IMG/VR virus record: IMGVR_UViG_3300042384_000237
Location: 1 to 60,735 of that record
Strand: one strand, 5' to 3'
DNA: 60,735 nt
Source: a virus
Lineage: Duplodnaviria; Caudoviricetes
The translations under genes and the position numbers were made by a program. This document shows positions 1-8,520 of this stretch, in pieces. Position 1 is the stretch's first letter, and each line of letters begins with the position of its first letter. The notes under the pieces are model-generated. The model ran no database searches, was not told the origin of the DNA, and was given only the letters and a program-made list of their open reading frames with translations.

Positions 1-520
1 TAATTGGATTCGTGTTGATTAGAATTCCATCATGTATGTTAACAATTTCTAACAATTGTAGATACCGTTTTTCTACAAGCTTTAGAACGACCGCGAGATC
101 GTTAATAATTGTAATTTCTCTAGGATATATAATATTAAGCAATTCTACTTCTTTCTCAGTTAAGCATTGCAGTCTAATTTCATAAATCTCTTGTGGTACT
201 GGTGGGGCTCCTTCGACTTCATAAAGTTCTAAGCCTTTAGTTAATGCCATCCCTAGATAAGAATTGAAAGAGCCTTTTACTCTGAAGCTCTCAGGCAATC
301 TATCTTTCAATGCTTGTCTTTCTTCTAAAGATACATTAGCAAGCTGTGTTTGAGTTTCTTTTGACATCTTGGGGTAGTCATCATTTGTTATTGATGGTAG
401 CCCTTTATTTATTAACTCGAGCGCGAGAATGGGGTGATACTGATGACGTCTAGCCGCAAGACCTACAAACTTTTCTTTAGCTTCATTTGAGATATAAATA
501 GCTACGCTTACTGTTTTCAT
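1..520 (-). CDS. Hypothetical protein, truncated by the window edge (MKTVSVAIYISNEAKEKF...)
   Basis: Read manually: ATG at 520 after an AGGA Shine-Dalgarno, frame open to position 1. Confidence 0.6.
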   Translation of the reverse strand, partial: MKTVSVAIYISNEAKEKFVGLAARRHQYHPILALELINKGLPSITNDDYPKMSKETQTQLANVSLEERQALKDRLPESFRVKGSFNSYLGMALTKGLELYEVEGAPPVPQEIYEIRLQCLTEKEVELLNIIYPREITIINDLAVVLKLVEKRYLQLLEIVNIHDGILINTNPI

Positions 521-545
521 TTGTTTTTCCTATTAGATTTCAATT

Positions 546-577
546 AAAAACCCCATCAACCGGAATGGTCAATGGGG
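546..577 (-). terminator. Rho-independent terminator
   Basis: Minus strand CCCCATTGACC-ATTCC-GGTTGATGGGG-TTTTT just after the stop of 588..1223. Confidence 0.8.
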
Positions 578-587
578 ATTGTGTTAC

Positions 588-1223
588 TTATTTACCTGTT
601 TTTGCTTCACGTTTAAGTCTGTTAGCTTCACGTTTAGCTTCTAATGCTTCTACAGCTTCAGGGCCTTGAGCCGCTGCTTCTGCATCTTCACGAGCACGTT
701 TATCAGCTTGGTATTGCGCCAAGCCTTGAGTTGCTTTCTCACTAATTTCGCGTTTTTCAATACCTGCGCTATATGCTTCAAGTACAGCTGATTGATTCTC
801 AACGACCCAAGCCGCTAAGTCTTTATTTTCAGATGCATTAAATAATACAGTAGTAGCTTCAATAGCTTTTTCTTCAGGTGTCATACGTTTAACTGCTGGC
901 CATCTAAATGACTCACGTACTGCAGTTAAGTTATCAATAATGAATGCGAACGCTGGATCATTAGATTCTTTAATAGCATCTAATGCTTTATCCAATTTCA
1001 CATAATCACTTTTCGTTACACGACGAATATTAGAAGATTCGAATGCTGATTCAACTGTTTCTTGGTTTTCTGTCAACCATGTAGCCAAAGACTCTTGATC
1101 ACCTGTAGCAGCCATCATAGCAGCTAGGATCAAAGGACGACGAATAAATGACATTGCTTCTGCTTTAGTTGCGAAAGCTTGACCGTTTACCATGAAAGCT
1201 TGTTGAATAGTTAATTGTGACAT
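588..1223 (-). CDS. Hypothetical helical protein, probably highly expressed
   Basis: ORF track 588..1265; better start MSQLTIQQ at 1223 with GGAG SD; GCT/CGT-rich codon use like the capsid gene; flanked by class II motif and terminator. Confidence 0.75.
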   Translation of the reverse strand: MSQLTIQQAFMVNGQAFATKAEAMSFIRRPLILAAMMAATGDQESLATWLTENQETVESAFESSNIRRVTKSDYVKLDKALDAIKESNDPAFAFIIDNLTAVRESFRWPAVKRMTPEEKAIEATTVLFNASENKDLAAWVVENQSAVLEAYSAGIEKREISEKATQGLAQYQADKRAREDAEAAAQGPEAVEALEAKREANRLKREAKTGK

Positions 1224-1352
1224 GTGATACTCCAAATAATATAAATAATTAGTTGGTATATACATTACGATCTATTGCTTGCGGCACTTGTCGATATACA
1301 GAAATGTTAGCGTTTGTTTTCTTGAGACACCCTAGTTTCATTTTAAGATAAT

Positions 1353-1374
1353 AGGGTTAATTTAACGGGGTTAG
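1353..1374 (-). promoter_or_regulatory. Class II repeated motif (minus strand CTAACCCCGTTAAATTAACCCT), putative phage promoter or operator
   Basis: One of 5 intergenic, co-oriented copies (1353, 15381, 24342, 52149, 52293). Confidence 0.6.
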
Positions 1375-1426
1375 ACACTCGCAATGAAACTGTAACCCGT
1401 TAACGGTACTTTTTTCGGGCGCTGGC

Positions 1427-1735
1427 TTACGCAGGTGACGCGTGGTTCTCGTGCCACGGGTGTTGCACTCCCGCCGCCCAGTCGAGCTGTGTGGGCCTCC
1501 CCTCGCCCAAAATTTGGGCGTTTTCCACCAAATCTTCAGGCTGTTCTTCAAACGCCAAATCCACCCTGCCAGTAAATGTCCAGCAGTCGAATACCCACTC
1601 TTTATAATCTTCGCAGAAGTACTTACCGATAATAGGGTATTCATTAGCAATAAGCTTAGCTCCCAATAAAATTACTCGGTCACCTTTGCGAGTCTTATAA
1701 GTCTTTTTTAAATCTACTTCCATAATATTCTCCAC
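1427..1735 (-). CDS. Hypothetical protein with one copy of the ~60-aa 'YxTRxG...YP...G...DLV' domain
   Basis: Similar by eye to the repeats in 3633..4448; C-terminal ~30 aa run into a GC-rich structured segment. Confidence 0.6.
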   Translation of the reverse strand: MENIMEVDLKKTYKTRKGDRVILLGAKLIANEYPIIGKYFCEDYKEWVFDCWTFTGRVDLAFEEQPEDLVENAQILGEGRPTQLDWAAGVQHPWHENHASPA

Positions 1736-1751
1736 GAAAAAAATAAGAATT

Positions 1752-1799
1752 AAAACCCCTCACCCAAACTCTCCCGTAGGATTGTTTGAATAAGGGGTT
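1752..1799 (-). terminator. Long hairpin with C(UACG)G tetraloop and U-tract (terminator and/or RNase III site)
   Basis: 16-bp stem with 3 G-U pairs, 2x2 internal loop, 3-bp upper stem, UNCG loop; fully paired only on the - strand. Confidence 0.75.
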
Positions 1800-1806
1800 A
1801 TTTTGT

Positions 1807-2010
1807 TTACTTTGTTCTGACACGACCCTGGTCAGGGTCACTCAATTCTACTAACTCATAAATCTGCTTTCCGTCTATGACGATACCGCCTATATTAGTC
1901 TGTCTTACTTCCTGATACCCATGATAGTGTGCCTTAGCTGACACGAATGAGACTACCACGGCGATTACAAAGCCAATCATAAAACTGGCTAAATTAAAAT
2001 TGAATTTCAT
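1807..2010 (-). CDS. Small protein with N-terminal hydrophobic helix (MKFNFNLASFMIGFVIAVVVSF...)
   Basis: The track ORF 1807..2106 crosses the class I motif, so a start at 2010 is more plausible. Confidence 0.55.
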   Translation of the reverse strand: MKFNFNLASFMIGFVIAVVVSFVSAKAHYHGYQEVRQTNIGGIVIDGKQIYELVELSDPDQGRVRTK

Positions 2011-2048
2011 TTTGAGGTTCTCGATTAAGTTATGATATACCTTTATTG

Positions 2049-2079
2049 GTACTTCATATAAGATACCCTCTTTCTCGCG
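2049..2079 (-). promoter_or_regulatory. Class I repeated motif, putative single-subunit RNAP promoter (GGGTATCTTATATGAAGTAC core)
   Basis: 20-nt core identical at 2049-2068, 23114-23133 and 24216-24235, each just upstream of a gene start. Confidence 0.75.
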
Positions 2080-2080
2080 A

Positions 2081-2179
2081 TTATATCGCCCATTGAAATC
2101 CGACATATACTGCCCCTATGAAGATACCTAAGGTTATTCCACCAAATAATGATGACAAAAGAATAATAAGTGTTTTCAT
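2081..2179 (-). CDS. 32-aa hydrophobic peptide (MKTLIILLSSLFGGITLGIFIGAVYVGFQWAI)
   Basis: Manual translation; fills the intergenic gap. Confidence 0.4.
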   Translation of the reverse strand: MKTLIILLSSLFGGITLGIFIGAVYVGFQWAI

Positions 2180-2198
2180 AACATCGTTAAATGATTCT

Positions 2199-2354
2199 TC
2201 AGTCATCTTCGTCTTCCTCGAGTAATTCTAAGGCATACTCATAGCCGCTCCAGTTATCCACTCCTGCTCTTTTTAAACAATTCAAGAAACTTTGATCTTT
2301 CAATAGTACCATATACTCTGACACCCCTATTGTTATTACCGCTTCACCTGTCAT
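2199..2354 (-). CDS. Small acidic protein with 'L.CL..AGVDNW.GY' motif (family often annotated as RecBCD inhibitor in T7-like phages)
   Basis: FLNCLKRAGVDNWSGYEYA plus acidic tail; function recalled from annotations, not verified. Confidence 0.5.
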   Translation of the reverse strand: MTGEAVITIGVSEYMVLLKDQSFLNCLKRAGVDNWSGYEYALELLEEDEDD

Positions 2355-2359
2355 ATTTT

Positions 2360-2509
2360 CTATCCCGGCGGATTGCATGAATAGCACATGCAGTTTCTGT
2401 TATAGCCGTGTGGGCCCCTGATTACATCGTCATCTTCTTCAGACAATGATTCCTCTTCTTCGGGAGAATACTCCAATTCTTGTTCTTCAGTAAGTGTACC
2501 TAATATCAT
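2360..2509 (-). CDS. 49-aa acidic protein with C-terminal CxCxxC (MILGTLTEEQELEYSPEEEE...NCMCYSCNPPG)
   Basis: Manual translation; ATGA overlap with the stop of 2506..2706. Confidence 0.5.
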   Translation of the reverse strand: MILGTLTEEQELEYSPEEEESLSEEDDDVIRGPHGYNRNCMCYSCNPPG

Positions 2510-2706
2510 TCTTCATCCTCGTCGTCCCAATCAAATTCATCATCAAGTTCGTCTTCATCATCGTCAATCCACTCTTCATCATCTTCGAATTTTAATGGTA
2601 CATAATTTTCTTCTTCGTCTAGTAAACCGCCCCACTCTTCTAGCCAGGCTTCATAATGTTCTTGTTCTTTATCTCTTTTTTGTTCTTCAGTCAATTTGTC
2701 TAACAT
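2506..2706 (-). CDS. Very acidic, Trp-containing small protein
   Basis: ORF track; D/E-dominated sequence; GGAG SD. Confidence 0.65.
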   Translation of the reverse strand: MLDKLTEEQKRDKEQEHYEAWLEEWGGLLDEEENYVPLKFEDDEEWIDDDEDELDDEFDWDDEDEE

Positions 2707-2731
2707 TCTTTAGCTCTCCACTCTAGTTCTA

Positions 2732-2944
2732 TCATAACCCATTTCCTTTAACAAATTTTCTTAGGGCTCTCCAACGAGATTGTTGGAACTTAACTTCAAC
2801 TCTTAACTCATAGATACTGGATTTCGAATCTCTCAACATGAGTGTGGCGTGATGCAACAATTCAGAAAGTTCTATAATATCCGAAATACCTAACTCGTCT
2901 TTTAACTCATTGTAGGACAATCTTAAGTTATCAGCTTCCATATT
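2732..2944 (-). CDS. Hypothetical protein (MEADNLRLSY...)
   Basis: ORF track 2732..2971; internal ATG after GGAG-like SD. Confidence 0.55.
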   Translation of the reverse strand, partial: NMEADNLRLSYNELKDELGISDIIELSELLHHATLMLRDSKSSIYELRVEVKFQQSRWRALRKFVKGNGL

Positions 2945-3593
2945 CTTTCTCCAATTTAGCATAAGCAACAATTTGATTTTCTATCACATGTGGACTAACG
3001 GCATGAGTTCTAAGACTATTCCTACGTTGAGCTTCCTCCAAAGCAATTGGGAACTTCTTATATTTAACACGATAATCTCTAAAGAGTAACTCTTGGATAA
3101 TAGGACATGTATCTTCTACATAAGGTAGTTTAAGATTGGTGTCACAAAAGATAATGTTACGTCCGGCACCCACATACTCTTTAAACATCATTTCTCTCAA
3201 TATCTGACATTCCGATTCCATAGTATCAAAATCCCAGAAGTGCCACATGTTTTGAGTCTCTGGATTAAAATCACAATGCGCCATCAAAAGCTCACGTCTG
3301 ATAACATCTCTATCAATTACCTTATAAGCTGCTTGTTGTTTTGCCCAAGTACTTTTACCGCTTGCACTAATACCGATTGTAAATATTGCTTTCTTCACTT
3401 TTCCAGCCTCACTTAATAAGTCTCTGCCTGTTATTGTCATATCGCCAAGATCTCTGCCATTCTTATCGACATAATACGAATCACCACTAGGTAATAAAAC
3501 CTTATAAGGATATTTACTTATTGCTTTCTTTTCTACTATCTCTACTATAGCGTCATTACGATTATAATAGAATTCACCTACTTTAAGTTTCAT
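2931..3593 (-). CDS. P-loop kinase (T4 PNK kinase-domain / AAA_33-like) with N-terminal ~60-aa repeat-family domain
   Basis: GISASGKST Walker A, VIDRDVIR, DTNL; no HAD phosphatase domain; start MKLKVGEF with GGAG SD. Confidence 0.75.
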   Translation of the reverse strand: MKLKVGEFYYNRNDAIVEIVEKKAISKYPYKVLLPSGDSYYVDKNGRDLGDMTITGRDLLSEAGKVKKAIFTIGISASGKSTWAKQQAAYKVIDRDVIRRELLMAHCDFNPETQNMWHFWDFDTMESECQILREMMFKEYVGAGRNIIFCDTNLKLPYVEDTCPIIQELLFRDYRVKYKKFPIALEEAQRRNSLRTHAVSPHVIENQIVAYAKLEKEYGS

Positions 3594-3632
3594 ACAGTTC
3601 TCCAAAGTGCGGCCATCCTTGGCCATGTTAAA

Positions 3633-4448
3633 TTAAGCTACAAATTCAATAAGATCAAACTTTGATATACGGTCTGAATAATACTCGCCGTTTAAAGCAT
3701 ATTGGTTCATATCGTAGCTATTACCATCTTCAACGACCCCCACAATGGGCGGATCTTCAGAGTCGCCAGTCTTGATATAAATAATCTTGACTAAAGTCCC
3801 GGCCCCGTCACGGTAAGTACTACCAATCTTTATATCAGCCAATCCTTCGAAGAGAGCTGATATGTCATACTCACTAACTTTGTCTTCATAGATTTGACCG
3901 TTTCGTCCATAACCAAACTCAGCACCCGACGGTGTAGTGCCTTTGATTACATAAAAACCAATAGCATTAGGGTCGGAATCTACACGAGTTACTGTAAGCA
4001 CTACGCCATTCTTCAATAAGTATCGCTTACCTTCAGTGATTACAAGTGTATTAGAAACCAACTCAACAAGATCGTTAGCATGTTCACCCATAGTTGTACA
4101 CCATTTACCTTTCTTGGTGTATGTACGGTCAGGCTCAGTATCAGTTGTATAGAAACAATACTTATTATCAACCGTCGAATCTTTCATAACCTTAATGATT
4201 GCCAATCCATCACGAGTCTTATAAGATTTTCCATGTTCCAATCTAAAACCTTTATCAAAACGTTTCACTAAATCATACTCATCTGCGGCATTAAAATTAA
4301 ATCGAAACCCTTCATCATCAACTGTATAAATGCCTGCAAAAGAGGCTGATTCAACAGTATAAGGGTAAGACTCGGTCCCGTCTTCTCTAACTACAGATAC
4401 TACTTCGCCAGCACGTGTTATATATTTTTTTCCGAGTTTAATCTTCAT
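3633..4448 (-). CDS. Protein made of four tandem ~65-aa repeats of unknown function
   Basis: Repeating G(K/S)xY..(R/K)xG...V...Y...G...(D)L(V/I) pattern. Confidence 0.7.
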   Translation of the reverse strand: MKIKLGKKYITRAGEVVSVVREDGTESYPYTVESASFAGIYTVDDEGFRFNFNAADEYDLVKRFDKGFRLEHGKSYKTRDGLAIIKVMKDSTVDNKYCFYTTDTEPDRTYTKKGKWCTTMGEHANDLVELVSNTLVITEGKRYLLKNGVVLTVTRVDSDPNAIGFYVIKGTTPSGAEFGYGRNGQIYEDKVSEYDISALFEGLADIKIGSTYRDGAGTLVKIIYIKTGDSEDPPIVGVVEDGNSYDMNQYALNGEYYSDRISKFDLIEFVA

Positions 4449-5758
4449 TTTGAATCTCCAGTTAGTAAATCACTTAAATAGTTAGCTTCATCGAGATCAT
4501 ATCTTCTCTCAACAAATTTTGGTTCGAACAATGAATATCTTCCTTTCTTATCTTGTATAACTGTCGAGTACGTGACAGCTATAATTGCAAATCTCCAATC
4601 CTCTTTATTGGCATTAATTTCAAATGTTAAAGCATCTGTTAGATTACCTACATTTACAGCAAGCTCCCCACACTCTGTTGTACAAGCCAATGAGCCAAAT
4701 GTAAACTCATTAGCACCAGTTCCAGCTACAAAGTCTATAATTCTCAGTTCACATTCGTGTTCTTGTTTAAGTTTAACTATCTGCGTAGATTTACCATCTT
4801 TCCAAATAGCTTGCATATCTTTAAGTACTGAACCTTCTTTACCTCTTTTAACTAAAGCATCAAAGTGTATCCGAGCTTCAGCGTAACTATATACTACAAC
4901 TGTTTGAATTATCTGCCAATCATATGGTAGTGTTTCTTCGAGCATTAGGAATCGCTCAACATAAGGTATTTCACACAAACCATTTTTAATATCTTTAACA
5001 GGTACCATATCCCATGCAATAAAGATTGGAACTTCAGTGGGCCCGAAATCTCCTCCTTTATTTACTCTATTTAAGATACCATTACTTATTTTACGAGAGA
5101 CAACCTTACCTCCAACTTCAACTAATAACTCGCCATGGTATTGGTAACCATCAACCATCTCATTAGTGTCTAATAACCTTGAGTATTTATCAATAGGCAT
5201 TGGCTGATATGTTCTAGACAACATTGTTAACGAATCATCAACAAGTGTTATATTGACAAACAGTCCATCTGCCTTTTCCTGAGAATAAGCAGGGTACTTA
5301 AAGTTCTCCATTTTTACATCTTTCGGTAAACTGCATCTCATATAGCTTGCCACGGGGATTAAACCCTTACAAGCGTTATTGATGGTCTTAACATCAAATC
5401 CACCACGTAGATCTTTCTTTAAAATTCTACGGAATAGCTCTTCAGAGTCGCCATTGAGATTCATTAAATGATTCCTGACTGCTTCTAAAGCTCTTCCACC
5501 TGTCAATAATCTCTCAGATAATGCATCCAATAACTTATACGTGTCTAGACTAAAGTCACTACCTTCTTCAGTGCTACGCATTAACGCAAGGACGTTTCGA
5601 AGATTATACATCAAGAATGGGTTATATGCATAAATCAAAACAGCTCTGAAGCCTTGTATATTCTGTATAGCCCATTCTAGCATTAACGTCTTAGCAATCT
5701 TACTAGGCTCATCAGCGATTCTTTCGATTGCATCATAAATTTCTTTACTATTTATCAT
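4445..5758 (-). CDS. ATP-dependent DNA ligase
   Basis: QEKADG adenylation motif, YHGELL, EGSVLK, VKLK, C-terminal OB-fold region. Confidence 0.9.
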   Translation of the reverse strand: MINSKEIYDAIERIADEPSKIAKTLMLEWAIQNIQGFRAVLIYAYNPFLMYNLRNVLALMRSTEEGSDFSLDTYKLLDALSERLLTGGRALEAVRNHLMNLNGDSEELFRRILKKDLRGGFDVKTINNACKGLIPVASYMRCSLPKDVKMENFKYPAYSQEKADGLFVNITLVDDSLTMLSRTYQPMPIDKYSRLLDTNEMVDGYQYHGELLVEVGGKVVSRKISNGILNRVNKGGDFGPTEVPIFIAWDMVPVKDIKNGLCEIPYVERFLMLEETLPYDWQIIQTVVVYSYAEARIHFDALVKRGKEGSVLKDMQAIWKDGKSTQIVKLKQEHECELRIIDFVAGTGANEFTFGSLACTTECGELAVNVGNLTDALTFEINANKEDWRFAIIAVTYSTVIQDKKGRYSLFEPKFVERRYDLDEANYLSDLLTGDSK

Positions 5759-5772
5759 CCTATTCTCCAAAT

Positions 5773-5802
5773 AAAAAGGGAATGACGTTAGTGTCATTCC
5801 CT
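5773..5802 (-). terminator. Rho-independent terminator
   Basis: AGGGAATGAC/GTCATTCCCT 10-bp stem with U-tract on the - strand. Confidence 0.75.
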
Positions 5803-5808
5803 GGGTTG

Positions 5809-6150
5809 TTACTTAGTCGCCAACTGAGCTTTAGTGTCTTTTATCGCTCTTTTGAATTCAGCTATACTCTCAAACTCAAGGCAATATGTATTTGCCATCT
5901 CGTGATATAAAGGTTCTGAATATAAAAGCTTTTGATAACTATTTAACTCTTGTTCAGTTAACGCATCTCTATATGGACTCATAGTGATTATTAACCTTTT
6001 ATCAGCTGTTTTATACGCGCGAACATGGTCATATATCGCGCCAAAAGCTCTACGCATTACTTGTTCATCTTTGAATAAAATAGTGTACTGCGTCTTAATA
6101 TCTTGTTCCTTACGAAATCTTGCAAGAGGTTCGCTCATAATTAATCCCAA
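5809..6150 (-). CDS. Hypothetical protein
   Basis: ORF track; tight operon packing. Confidence 0.55.
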   Translation of the reverse strand: MGLIMSEPLARFRKEQDIKTQYTILFKDEQVMRRAFGAIYDHVRAYKTADKRLIITMSPYRDALTEQELNSYQKLLYSEPLYHEMANTYCLEFESIAEFKRAIKDTKAQLATK

Positions 6151-6284
6151 CCTGAGTATTTATTAACACAATAACCAGTAGTTCCCCACTGATATGCTTC
6201 AACATATTTATACTTACGTTTAAATGCACGTAATTGCTTACGTCTTTGACTACTATTACCTTTCAAAACTATTGTATTAACCAT
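6141..6284 (-). CDS. 47-aa basic peptide (MVNTIVLKGNSSQRRKQLRAFKRK...)
   Basis: Manual translation; fills the gap between HNH gene and next ORF. Confidence 0.4.
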   Translation of the reverse strand: MVNTIVLKGNSSQRRKQLRAFKRKYKYVEAYQWGTTGYCVNKYSGWD

Positions 6285-6795
6285 TATTATCCCCAAAGTT
6301 CAGATACGCAAATTCACCATAGTGGTACAAGGCCGCCTCATCGTAAGCCTTTGCGCATCGGACCCTATTTTCAGGTGTGTCATATAAATCTAATAAGTTT
6401 AAGTAATACTTGTCGATACAGATTTGAGCGGTCACTCTTCCTCTCTTTGCATTGACACAGACGCCTTTATAGCCAGATGTATTTCGAGAAGAAGGGCCGC
6501 GATTCATTGCATTGTTACTTAATGTCGCCAATCTTAAATTTTCTAGCCTGTTATCCACCCTATTGCGATTGATATGGTCTAGAATATACCCTTTGGGAAT
6601 GGTATTTCCTGCCATTATCCAAATAATGCGATGTAACTTAATATTACGATCGTTAAGCCTAACCTTTAGATAACCTTGCCCATCACATGAGGTTATCTCA
6701 GCACCCTCTTTAATACTGACGTTAGTAGTTTCATTCCACCAGAGTTGGCCCGTCTTAAAGTCAACTGTAAAATGCTTATCAAATAATGTTTTCAT
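6277..6795 (-). CDS. Free-standing HNH homing endonuclease with AP2-like C-terminal domain
   Basis: LHRIIW...DHINRNRVDNRLENLR; NTSGYKGV...AYDEAA...GEFAYLNF. Confidence 0.9.
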   Translation of the reverse strand: MKTLFDKHFTVDFKTGQLWWNETTNVSIKEGAEITSCDGQGYLKVRLNDRNIKLHRIIWIMAGNTIPKGYILDHINRNRVDNRLENLRLATLSNNAMNRGPSSRNTSGYKGVCVNAKRGRVTAQICIDKYYLNLLDLYDTPENRVRCAKAYDEAALYHYGEFAYLNFGDNNG

Positions 6796-6804
6796 TTGTT
6801 AACC

Positions 6805-8520
6805 TCACCCGTGACAACTCAGACACTCGCCCGTTGTATTCGACTTGACGCCATTCTCCGTGCGAATGTAATACAACGATTTAATGTTTTCATTTAAAAA
6901 AGCCTCCTGATGTATCTCTGAAATATATTCTTCACTAGTATCAGAATCAAAGAATAAGTTAATACTCTGTGCTTGATCAATAAACGGTTGTCTAGCAGAA
7001 GCTAGCCTCAAGATAGCTTTCTGATCAATCTCGAATGCCGTCTTAAACACTTCTTTCTCATGCTGTGTCAACCAGTCTACATGCTGTACAGAGCCTTTAT
7101 GCGCCACAATATCATCGAGAGTTTCTTTTTCATCTAAGCCTTCTCTTTTGATTATCTTCATCAATGCGGGACTCGATCGTTTCATCTTACCTCCTGCACT
7201 ATTCTGAACAAATACGTTCTTATAGATAGGCTCGATACCTTGACTTGCGCCACCGGCAATCAATGCTGAAGAAAGATTAGGAGCTATTGCCATTAAATGA
7301 GTATTGCGTAAGCCTGTACCTTTACACCATTCAGGTTCACCCCATTCTTTTGCCATCCATTTAGAAGCCTCAATAGTCTTTGCTTGCATATCTTTAAATA
7401 GGTTCTGATTAAAGAGATGAGCATCAAATGATTCAAATGGAATATTGTGATCTTGTAAGTACGTATGAAAACCTAATAATCCTAATCCTAACGCTCTACT
7501 ATCTCTCGCGAATCGAGCAATTCTTTCAAGACCTGGAATCTTCTCGGTGATACGTATCTGATCCTCGTTGACACAATCGAGAAACACTGTAGCCACAAAG
7601 ATAGCATCTGTGTCTTTCCATTCGTCATACTTAGTTGCATTCATACTGCTTAACACACAAGAGTATGTATAGTCTTCGCCAGTTGTATAATCGGTGCCAC
7701 TAAATAAAGTAATTTCTGTGCACAAATTAGAAGCCTTTACCTTTAAGCCTCTTTCTTTATACATAGAGGGACTGGCTCTATTTACTTTATCAACAAAGAA
7801 GCAATAGCCTCTTCCGAACATTCTCAGTTTCATTATCTCTGTGAATCTTCTGTTTGCTTCTTCATCACCGGCTTCTAGTGCATCAACAAAGTCATCTGTT
7901 ATAATCCACCCTAAATTAGCATCTTCTGGACTCTTTGTCACATGAATAACAATCTCATCAAAGTCGTCATGCGTAGCTTCTATATAGCCTGCCCATGCTC
8001 CACGTCTTTGTGAGCCTTGACTGATGTCCTGAGCTACACGCACAAACCCCTTAAACACAGGCAATACGCCACTAGCACTACCAGCGACGCCAGTGATATC
8101 GCTGCCACGAGCACGGATGTCACCCAAGTAACTTGATGTCCCATAACCTTCCTTCGACAGTAAAGCTGCCTCTTTTTGTTTCTCGTAGAAATCGAATACT
8201 GTGTCACCAACGTAACTGCCGGAACAACTTACTGGTGCTCCGAACCCTGTTCCCATATTTGCGCAGACCGGTGTTGATGGAATGAGCCATCCCCTCCAAA
8301 GTAATTGAAAGAATTTATCACTCCAGTAAGCTGGATGTTCAGTATATGTAGCAGCGTGATTTGCAATACGGCGATACACAGTATATAGATCAGGATATCT
8401 CTCTGAAACATATTTTTCCTTAAGAATTTGCCAGCTGTTAGTGATTACCCAATCAGGAAGTTTACCTTCATCTTGGAGTTGTTTTCTTTCCGCAGATAAG
8501 TCTCTATAAATGCTCGTCAT
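6805..8520 (-). CDS. nrdA: Ribonucleotide reductase class I alpha subunit (no ATP cone)
   Basis: PVSC, RRGA, SNLCTEI, LGLG, AIAP, SLYY, C-terminal CLSC. Confidence 0.95.
   Translation of the reverse strand: MTSIYRDLSAERKQLQDEGKLPDWVITNSWQILKEKYVSERYPDLYTVYRRIANHAATYTEHPAYWSDKFFQLLWRGWLIPSTPVCANMGTGFGAPVSCSGSYVGDTVFDFYEKQKEAALLSKEGYGTSSYLGDIRARGSDITGVAGSASGVLPVFKGFVRVAQDISQGSQRRGAWAGYIEATHDDFDEIVIHVTKSPEDANLGWIITDDFVDALEAGDEEANRRFTEIMKLRMFGRGYCFFVDKVNRASPSMYKERGLKVKASNLCTEITLFSGTDYTTGEDYTYSCVLSSMNATKYDEWKDTDAIFVATVFLDCVNEDQIRITEKIPGLERIARFARDSRALGLGLLGFHTYLQDHNIPFESFDAHLFNQNLFKDMQAKTIEASKWMAKEWGEPEWCKGTGLRNTHLMAIAPNLSSALIAGGASQGIEPIYKNVFVQNSAGGKMKRSSPALMKIIKREGLDEKETLDDIVAHKGSVQHVDWLTQHEKEVFKTAFEIDQKAILRLASARQPFIDQAQSINLFFDSDTSEEYISEIHQEAFLNENIKSLYYIRTENGVKSNTTGECLSCHG

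Noticed and set aside
440-470. CTGATGA followed by a small hairpin on the + strand (second hammerhead?)
   Set aside because: No GAAA after stem II, no stems I/III, and antisense within a gene
6277-6795. HNH gene as part of an intron in nrdA
   Set aside because: nrdA is complete up to its C-terminal CxxC and no intron core flanks the HNH gene; it is free-standing
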